From Psilocybe cubensis (Eukaryota): DNA of 64,000 bases. The DNA is taken from contig CM039003.1 of assembly GCA_017499595.2 (NCBI GenBank), positions 3,224,001-3,288,000 on the forward strand. Direction: 5' to 3'. The notes beneath the pieces were generated by a model. That model did no database searches. It saw only the letters and a program-made list of their open reading frames with translations, and had not been told where the DNA came from. The first letter of the stretch is position 1. Each line of letters starts with the position of its first letter. The position numbers were made by a program, and so were the translations under genes. Shown piece after piece: positions 53,253 to 64,000 of the stretch.

Positions 53253-53788
53253 AGAAGCTTGAGAAATATTCCAAAACAAAGTCTAGTCTCGATGTATATG
53301 CAGTTATGAAATCAAATTGTGTTCGAAGTTTCATGTTCAAGATATTCCTGACGACTCAATCACACGCCAATTGATCTAAACTGTGAGGTCAACCCATGTA
53401 CAAGTAGCCCACCCATTAAGACTAACGATATATATGCGATATTGGTCGTCCTATACCGTTGTGATCACAATGTCCATAGGCCGGCCTAGTTAGTATTTGT
53501 GGGTATCTGAACACCAGAATCTCTCAATGACTTGCATATGCATACCTAGAAACAGGTTTTCGTTTGGATCATTCTGACTTGTTTCGAAGGCGAGGTTGAG
53601 AATGACACGCCTTCGTAGCAGAACGGTAGAGAACGGTACGCTGATCCGTTGATAGTATATCAAAGAAAATCATTAAACCCATCAGCGAATCCGTAACGAT
53701 TAGGAACACCGCTTGCGGAATTTCCTTCTACTCTATTCTTGTATGTGAGTGATCATAATTAATTTCTGGAAGTTATTTTCCCTCATAT

Positions 53789-55128
53789 TTAGCATGGTTG
53801 GCTCCCCCATAATACCTTCTCCTCTCCCTCTGTAGGCATGCTCGATGGTTCACGATTTGTAAAAACGGAAGAGCTAAAATGCGAACTTATGATTTCAACT
53901 CCGTGAATAGCTTCATCAGCGTTCGCAGAGTGGTGAAAATTTAACCCGGACACTTGTGTGATTGGAGGTGACTGAGCGGCGGGTTTCTCGTTCATTAAGG
54001 CTAATCTGGTAACCATGATAGTCGGCGCCATTCCCTAAAACATTCGTAAGCCTCACTTCCAGAGTAAAAGCAAGTGCCACATACAGCGACGATGCTCAAT
54101 AATGTGGTAATATAATAGTCAAACTCCACCAGTGGACTCGTTTCTAGGCTGAATGTAGGATCTACGAAAGACACTGCATCGAGGAGGAGCACGACAGAGT
54201 ATATTGCTGCCGATTCAATTATAAGAATCAGAACCCTGATGAAGGGTCCTTTGGAAGATGGCCCCCCTATGCGTAGTGTCGAATGTACTCTGTACCATAT
54301 AAGGCACGTACAGGTTACTGTAGTCCCCAGCGATATAAAATCCAGCGCGCTTGTGATATTGTTGGCTAATTTGACGTCGGCGTCAATGTTTATTACTTCG
54401 CCAAATATTGAATCAAGGACGATAGATGTTATCGTGAGACCTTATGGGATATAATTGTGAGTGACTCCAGGAACAATGATTTTGACACTAATTTCACCCA
54501 CAGATCTCCGTTATCAGAAATGCACACGGGAGCAGCACTACCCGTAAAGACTGACCCCAGACTTGATAACATCGCCAAACCTTTGACGATAACATTAGAA
54601 TACCACCCAAGCGGTTTATCGGCAATCACAAACTCACTAGCAGGCCATCAGCAACGGCCAATGTGAAGTTAAGGATGGCTACTGAAACTTGCCAGATCCA
54701 TTGCGGATTAACCAGCGAAGTGGCAAAGAAGATGGAATCCCGGGTTTCTCCATTTGATACGAAGGTTGAGTTTAGCAGATACCATTGAAGAAGGAATGAT
54801 AAAAATGAGAGTAGGTAAAGCACTGAAATAGCCCACAAAACTGTACGTGTGTGCGTCAGGCTAGATTTTTTGGACACTAATGAATAGTAAATCCATTTAG
54901 AGAGGGTATGACGTCATCGGAACCTAAAAATGACTAACCGTAAAGATAAATTGTTCCCCCATATATCATTGTATATATGCCTATATGATGTCGTATCAGT
55001 GCAAGCGCTACGAATGGTGTATAGCAGAAGGGGGTACCCATGGCTAAATTGTATAGCATACTAGAGTTTAAGGTGGCACTGATTATCCGATTTTCAAAAG
55101 TAGTTGGAATTGAATCACCGGCAGACAT
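53789..55128 (-). CDS. Multi-pass membrane protein (Agaricomycete GPCR-like family), copy 1
   Basis: GIYTMIYGGTIYLY, ADGLL..W, LILIIESAAIYS, GMAPTIMVTRLA. Confidence 0.75.
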
Positions 55129-56305
55129 AATCGAACCTCAGGCTGAACACTATGTTGGTACGGATGAATTTCACTCTTCGAACAGTTTATATGTCTCCCA
55201 TATTTTTAAAATAGAATTTCATTCATATACAGTCGGTAATCGACCTCCATGGTAAAAAAACATTGAATCATTCCACAAAAGTGACATGGTTCTACAGACG
55301 TCAATGTCATATATGTGTGATACTAACACTCACGAAGCATAGAATGAAACAACATAACTCTGAAACATGAAGTTTGGGTAAAGAGGTTTAACATAAGTAT
55401 TTGCAAGAAAAGCCACTGTGTGCAATTTTCTCGAAATTGAAAAGCGATTGTTATAATCGATTTAGGCGGAACCCAGAATCTGCATGGGCGTAATTTACTC
55501 CTCGTTGCTGAGAGGTAGACTATCAGGTGAAAGTGAGTAATCAAAGGATAGTGTAGCTATTATACGTCAAATCCAGGGATCATACATTTGATCGCATTTA
55601 TCTGGTGGGACTGCATCTACTGTCAATGAAGTACATGCCGTCAGAGCGGATAAGGAAATATCACGCCGAGAAAAGAATCATATAACTTTTCAGCGTAGTG
55701 GAGTACAGTGGAGAAACTCCGAATTGATATTCTCTCACGCAAATCATATCTAAACTGATGTGTAACATGTCCTTGACGTCCCTATTCTTGACGGGATGTC
55801 TGATGAGGTGGATCAGCGCGGATTAGATATGCCTAAATCCGTTGATATGATTCCCATGGGCGCCAATCTTTTTAATGTTTGCCAACACGTGCCTTTAATT
55901 ACGTTGCATGAGCCGTATTCTGAGCTGGACCGCGGGCTAAGCATTATGCACACCGACACCGATACGCATTGAGGTTGTAGTAATAATGATGTCGTGTGAG
56001 TTCTGGGACGTGGCTTCTACCGCTTCTATAGACGATTGATTTTATGGACTAACCGTTGATCAACCTCTTTGAGAGAGTATTTGTTCAAATAACCCACTAT
56101 GAAGTTCAGAAACGTCAGAGTATGAATAAGACTGGAAAGAAAAATAATTGAATGAAAGATCGTGAAGATAAAGCGGTGAACAAAGTAAATTGGTGTGTCA
56201 TTGATTCGTCAGGAATATCTAGAACATTAAACTTCGAACACTTTTTGATTTCATAACTACATATACAACAGGAATAGACTTTGTTTAGGAATATCTGAAA
56301 TTTCT

Positions 56306-57269
<964 letters not shown>

Positions 57270-58465
57270 AGGAGGATCGTCCTTTTTTTCTACCTGACAA
57301 TGTTGGCGTTCATTTTTCATCTTTTATACGACTCTTGCGGTAAAAGCCCGGTCAAGCATTTTGACGCGTAATATATCACGCGAAAAGAAGTCATAGATTT
57401 GCGGAGAATTATCAGCGCCTCGTAGCTCCCGTGTGATTTTTTTTCTGTGGTCACTGTCATTTTACATGCGCTTATCACTGGCTACCAGAACCTTGGAAAT
57501 GGAATAGACGTATAATTCTCCTTTTGGGAGTTGTCGCAGTACACACCTGTTTTCAAAGCTCTTTTGGAGTTTGAAACCTGTAGCAACCCGCGTATTTTGA
57601 CCAATTACATCCTGAGCAAACATTTCACCTCAGAATCGTGTGCGAATAGATACTCAACACGCGTAGAGGGCGACCTATTCTCCTGTTTGGTTTGATAAAC
57701 TTTTAACATTCCTACGTAGTAGTTCCAAAGGTCAAGAAATACCTCGATCACTGATATCAACAGGATTTCTCAAATGGCGAAGCCTTTAAAACAGTATGTT
57801 CACAAATTAGTTTGCAGACCGATCTATTAATAGCTACAGTTTGACCGAGCGTACAGAACGCGCTACATTTCTGGCTATGCATGCTGGCACTGAATAGACG
57901 GTCAGTGCGAAAAAAATCCGTCCTACACAAGGCATCCCCACGGTGGTTTGGAATATCTAATTTGCCTAACCACCGTATCATTCCATCGCCGAATCAGTCA
58001 CGTCAACTTCCTATCATTGACGCCTGATTTATATATATGTTTCAATTTTCTGACAGTTGTTTCGTCATCGCCGAAAGAATCTCAATGTATTTTTGACTCT
58101 GGCTTCTGACGCCTTAGATGCGCCAACCGATGGGGAAACACCTCAAGGAAATGTATCACATTCGCTCTGTTCACTGCTCCACACGACTCAAGTCTGTTAT
58201 TGATTCGCACAACTCGGCTGAACATCGTTGAGGTATCTTAGCACGCTATGCTACTAACGCCGCCAACGTGGGTGTTGCCTGACCTGATTCTTTCGATGTA
58301 ACACTTCTAAATTTCCACTCTAAACTGTACCACGACGATTTAAGCGATTTTGAATCATGATATCAAACTTTTTACAATATAGGGAAGGCGTGAAAAATCT
58401 GGCAATCGAATGCATATACTTGCATATAATTTGTAAATTCAAACTAAGTTAACTCTGCTTCCCAA

Positions 58466-59763
58466 TCAACATACTTGATCTGCCCAATTCTCCCTGCTTC
58501 CCGTAGCTGAAGAGACAGACTTTGGTTCTGTATCTGCAACTCCAGCAGCACTTCCGGCTGTATCCGAAGAGTGATGAAAATTCAAGTTGGAAACATGGGT
58601 GATCGGAAGTGAGCGAGTGTCGGGTTTCTGGTTCATAAAAGCTAATCTGGCAACCATGATAGTCGGAGCTATTCCCTAAACACTGATGAGCCTGATTTAT
58701 CGAGTTTAAGTATTCGCGACGTACAGCGGCCATGTTCAACAATATCGTTATATAATAGCCAAATTCGAACAGTGGGCTCTCTTCTTTGCTAAACGCAGGA
58801 ACCACAAAGGAGACGGCATCGAGCAAAAGCACAGCAGAGTATAGTGCGGCGGATTCGACGATTAAAATCAGAGCCCTGATTATCGGTCCTTTGGCAGAAG
58901 GACCGCCTAAGCGTAGTGTCGAGTGTATTCTGTACCATATGAGACATGTACAAGTGACTGTGGTCCCGAGAGAAATGAAATCCAAAGCACATGTAATATT
59001 GTTGGCCAACTTGGTTTCGGCCTCATTGTACGTTATCTCCCCGAATATCGAATTGAGGACGGCAGATGTGACCGTGAGACCTTGGATAAATCATGGAACA
59101 CAACTCGTAAGTTGCTCGATATCCAGTTTCATGTAGTATCACTCACCTATTTCCGCTAGAAATAGCATCGAAGGGACTAGCGCGACTTTTAAAGACTGGC
59201 CCCAGACATGATAGCATCGCCACACCTAGTATTGATCGACGACATCAGTATGAATAATTCTTGCACAACGATAAACCTACAAGAAGTCCATCGGCAACTG
59301 CCAACGTAAAATTTAATAAGATCACTGAGGCTTGCCACATCCATTGGGGATTTACAAGTGAAATTGCGAAGAAGATAGAATCTCGGGTTTCTCCATTGAG
59401 TACAAAGGCTGAATTGAGCTGGTACCATTGCATGATGAACACCAAGAGGGTGAAAAAATAAAGCGCTGAGATTGCCCATAGGACCGTACGGCGACCTGCA
59501 TGGGCAGTCTTCCGGGATACTGTGTTGTCATTTTGGAAAATGAGTGAATTGGCGCCAGCGGGACAATAAGACTGACCATAAAGATAGAACGTTCCTCCAT
59601 ATAGCATGGTATACATGCCTACGAGATAACGTGTCAATACAATAACTCCGAGCATGAAGAATTAAGAGCTACCCATGGCTAGATTATACAGCATGCTAGA
59701 GTTCAAGCTGGCACTGATTATTTGTTCTGCGAAGTTAGTTGGAATAGAGTTATCTGAAGACAT
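58466..59763 (-). CDS. Multi-pass membrane protein (GPCR-like), copy 2
   Basis: GMYTMLYGGTFYLY, NGETRDSIFFA, ADGLL, LIVESAALYS, IAPTIMVARLA; paralog of 53789..55128. Confidence 0.75.
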
Positions 59764-61332
59764 GGTGGAAGCTGAACGATGTGTTCTAACTGACGAATGG
59801 TATTCTTTTAACTTTTATACATTTTCCATTATACACAATAGGACTGGACATCGCTTACGCATATGCGCACGCAGTCGGTAATGTGAGGCGCGATAAGAAA
59901 ATTATTGAAAGACGTTGACATGATCCTACAGGCGTAAATGGCATGGTCACTGAGTTGATGCCAAATAATTGCACTGACAGCACAAAGTAAGAATAAATGC
60001 ATATTCAGATTTTACATAATTATCTGGAGAAGTTGCTCCTCCCTTGAAGTTGCTTCGAGATGAAGCATAACTTTATATTGAAAGCATATACAGAATTTTT
60101 GTATGTTACAAAGCGCTTTTTGGCTGCCACCTATCGACCAATTAAAGGTACAGGGTAGAATCAGGTAAGTCAGCCGTAGATTGCATTGTCTCTCATACGT
60201 CTCATCCAGGGATCACACATTTGATTGCATTGATGTGGTGGGATCCCATCCACTTCGACATTTTGTAGATGAAGTTTTTGATATTTAATTTAGTGCAGAA
60301 TGATCAATGATCCATCGCTGTAACTGAAGCCGCTTATGAATTTTAATTTACTGACGTACGTCGAACACAGCGCAAAACAAGACTACAGGTACCTCTTCCG
60401 ACTATGACATGTACAACTTCTCTCTCACACAGATCATATCTGAATTGATAGGCAGCAAGCCTTTGATGCCCCTGTCCTTGTCAGAGTATTTGATGAATTT
60501 GGTATATGACGTTCAACGTGATGTGCTGTAGCATAATATCCATGGATCAGCGCGGGACATGTCCTCTAGATGGCACTCATGGGCGTCAATCTATCGAATA
60601 TCTCCTTCCAAGCACTGCGTGGCTGCACTATAGATGATGCAATAGACCAAATTGGAAGTAATTCTATATGTAGAAATTCTAAACTTTAGAAAGGCCAGGT
60701 CCATCACAACGTCCAAAATCATTCGACCCTTCTTGGGGACTTGTTAATAGCGTTTTTTTGTGATAACGCAGCCTTGCATGGCTTTTGAGTTTACATTAAG
60801 CTAGGCACGTTTTCGAAAACAACAGCGGCTTGGCGTTCATAGAAAGGCCATTATACCCCAACTCATTCGCCAAACTTCCAGACGGTAAGCTTCGTTGCGA
60901 GACAATAAGAACCTCGTACGTTAAATAAAAGTCGTGTGGTGTCAGTTGACATCCTTCCTGACGGCATGCGAGGCCTTTGGCAATGAGGAAAGCGCGAGGC
61001 CCCTAAACCCGGACCGAATAAAACAAGATGCCGAGTCTTTGACCGCCGCCGGATCCTACATATTGACGACCACATTCATTCAGAGCCCCTCCTTCTCTTT
61101 TCCATTTTACTCATCGTATCATTGCTGTTCGTTTCTTTACAGAGCCGACTAAAGCGTTGGAAATTGGATAACACCCGGGTTAGGATTGGAGATAACGATT
61201 AGCTGAGCCTGTAAGCATGGAAGCGACCAGTTATCGTATAAATACGCGGCTGATTGGTATCCTATGCATCTAGCACACACCCCACCTTGCTCGGATACCC
61301 ATATTCGATACAACTCGCCCCACTCTGACACT

Positions 61333-63345
61333 ATGCCAGTCTCGGATGCCATATTGACGCAGATTCTGGCCCAGTTGGAGGCAATGCAAGTCTCCCAGCA
61401 GACTATGCAGGCAAAAGTACGTTACCTGACTTCACTGCTCCACGATGTTGTTAATAAAGCCTCGATTTCAGCTCGATGCATTGTCACAACATAAACCCTC
61501 TTCTCCTCTGGAACCTAAATCCATGAAGGGCCTCCCAAATCTCGCTACACCAAGCACCCCGCCTAGGGAAGGTACATCAACTTCGACGCAGACGGACGAT
61601 GCCAAGGAGAGCGTAGTATCAGTGCAGGCGCAATCCACAAGGGCCGCCCTTTCCAGCGCACCTCCCTCACTTGGACCCGCCGCAGCGAGCCTTACAGACA
61701 AAGAGCGCGAGAAGCTGCTTTATCCCGGACGGGTCAACCTGACCAGTACGTCACATATCTCTTCTGATGTAAACGCCGAACTAAGCTCTTTGGCAGCGTA
61801 CCCCGACCAGCACGGAATTTCTCCACACCCTCTGCGCTGGGGTGCCCCCACCCCCGCCGAACGAGGCCCGATTATCTGCTCGCGCCTGCCCTCGTCTATC
61901 AAGCATCGAAATGCCATTGGTGCGCATTCTGGGTCTTATTCCATCTACCGCGCGTTATCCATCGCAATGGGTTCTCTGTCGCCGACACACAAGCCGGATT
62001 ATAGCCTCACAGAACCCCCAGTCGATATTCCACCAAACCCAACATGGTATGACCCATCGAAGATTGTGTCGTTCGATCCATGGGGACACGTCGTGCCGCA
62101 GGTGTTTCAGAAAGAGATTGAGGAACAAGGGCTCGATGTGAGACCCAGCATCGCCGTGACCAAGGCCCATTTGAAGATGAGCGAGTTGGATGATGCAGCG
62201 AGGAAGGGTGATATTAAGATCGATGGGTCGATTGTGCTGAAAAGCCATCCCGTGAGGAATGTCGACGGAAGCGAGAACACTAGCGTCGATCCCGGCGTGG
62301 AAGTGACAGTGAGCAAGGCGGCAGTTGAGCCAGTTTGGTATCTTCCTGGAGTAGCCGAGCGATTTGGAATGTGCGTCATTTGTTCTACTTGCAGAAATTT
62401 CAACTGACGTGCTTCAGCTCGGAGACTCTGTTGAGGAGAGCTCTTTTTGAGGATACTGGAGGAATGTATCCAGAACTTATCACGCGTCCAGATATCAAGG
62501 TCTTCCTGCCTCCTATTGGAAACTTAACGGTTTATATCTGTATGTTGTTCCCTTCACGTTTTTACGCGATCCAGATAACCATATCTTCAATGTGGATAGT
62601 TGGTAATCCGGCGTTTATGTCCGACGAGAGCAAAGAGTTAACGTTGCGTGTACACGACGAATGTGCGTTCTTTTTTTCGCAGTTGCACTGTCCATTAACC
62701 TTTTTGGTTCAGGTAACGGTTCTGACGTCTTTGGCTCTGACATTTGTACCTGCAAACCCTATCTGACCTACGCCATCGAGGAGTGCATTCGGGGAGCACA
62801 ACGCGGAGGTGTCGGTGTTGTGGTTTATTTCAGAAAGGAAGGCAGGGCTCTAGGCGAAGTCACCAAGTTCGTTCTATTCTTTCATTTGTATTTATGTCGT
62901 AATTCATTCCAAATCCAGATACCTGGTTTACAATCTTCGTAAACGCGGTGGCGACTCTGCAGATCGGTACTTCAAGTCCACCGAACTTATTGCTGGCGTG
63001 AAAGATATGCGTTTCCAAGCGCTCATGCCCGACGTCTTGCACTGGCTCGGCATCAAGAAGGTCGACCGGATGGTGAGCATGAGTGACATGAAGTACGATG
63101 CGATTGTGAAGAGCGGGATCAGCATCTGGAATCGATATGATATCCCTGGTGAGTTTTGAAGCTATCCCTTCAAATGTCGTCAAGAATCAGGCTGACCGGG
63201 ATATTTAGACCACCTTATTCCCCCTGACTCACGAGTGGAGATCGACGCTAAGATCGCGGCTGGCTATTTCTCGAGTGGCAAGCAGGTCACGGAAGCTGAT
63301 CTAGTTAAGACTGTTGGAAGAACATGGGAAGAGACTGAACACTGA
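61333..63345 (+). CDS. GTP cyclohydrolase II-like protein with N-terminal extension (urg1-like)
   Basis: RNAIGAHSGSYSIYRAL, KIVSFDPWG, AVEPVWYLPGVAERF, RVHDECNGSDVFGSDICTC, YFRKEGRALGEVTK, DMRFQALMPDVLHWLG, VEIDAKIAAGY. Confidence 0.9.
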
Positions 63346-64000
63346 AACATCATGAACGGCGCTGAGTGCGGAGCTTTGATTCCATTTACTGACCAGGGTT
63401 TGTATATCCCTGATATCACTTTTCTTGCCGACCCATTTCCTACTCAAATACCTGTAGTTACATTGATAATTACATTTAGTTGCTGTACATATCGATATCT
63501 TCTCTTGCTTGTAATGCTGTATATCGTTGTTGTCGCTTGATCGCTTCTGTCGGCCTATTTTGGGAGTATCAATCTTAGGGGTGTCGACGCGTTTTAGGCT
63601 CACGTGACGTGAAAGACCAAGGACCATCTTATTGTGGACCTCTTTCTTACTCCTCTTTCCTGACTCTTTCATTCGCCTTTTGTCTGCTTTGACCTTTCAT
63701 AAATTTGGAGGAGATAAAATTCTTTCAATAATCTACAGGGAGAGATACTCTTGTGCTTCAAGTTAATGTCCCCCTGAGTACACGACTGGGCCACGCGATG
63801 GCCCCATTTTCTGAAATTCAATATTCTTTGCGGCTAAGCAGTGGCCCTTAGGTATGCAATACATTGTTGTCATTTCTGTTATAACGCAGCGCCGTGACAT
63901 AGGAATGTCTGATATAAAGACTATCTCAAAGTCAATTGGTTCCAAGTTCTCCCAGAACTTTGTTTCCACTAGCACTGGTGAAGTTGACGTACGTCGTTCA

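Noticed and set aside
63967-63977. CACTA/CACTG pentamers near the window end
   Set aside because: No similarity to the element's TIR and no partner end visible; expected by chance.

Overview
Intron-rich fungal (Agaricomycete-like) genomic DNA. The dominant feature is a 38,940-bp CACTA/EnSpm-type DNA transposon (1475-40414) with CACTG...CAGTG ends and a 3-bp TAT target duplication. It has ~1.5-kb near-identical terminal inverted repeats, each carrying a small spliced gene. It has inserted into a PNPOx-like/FAD-binding oxidoreductase gene whose two halves rejoin in frame when the element is removed. The element is layered. From outside in: TIRs, two zones of degenerate captured host-gene fragments (SOF1, dynactin p150, importin-5-like, others), an older diverged inner inverted repeat, and a ~23-kb core of apparently intact multi-exon genes. 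The core holds a WD40 protein, a large coiled-coil protein, an Spt5/NusG-like elongation-factor paralog, a coiled-coil C3HC4 RING protein, an intact Tnp2-type transposase, and several unknown genes. The right flank is ordinary host DNA: glyoxal oxidase (AA5_1), RTA1-like protein, purine-cytosine permease, an inverted pair of GH11-CBM1 xylanases interleaved with two paralogous multi-TM genes, and an urg1-like GTP cyclohydrolase. All calls come from reading the sequence and recalled motifs; no searches were run, and exon boundaries are manual.
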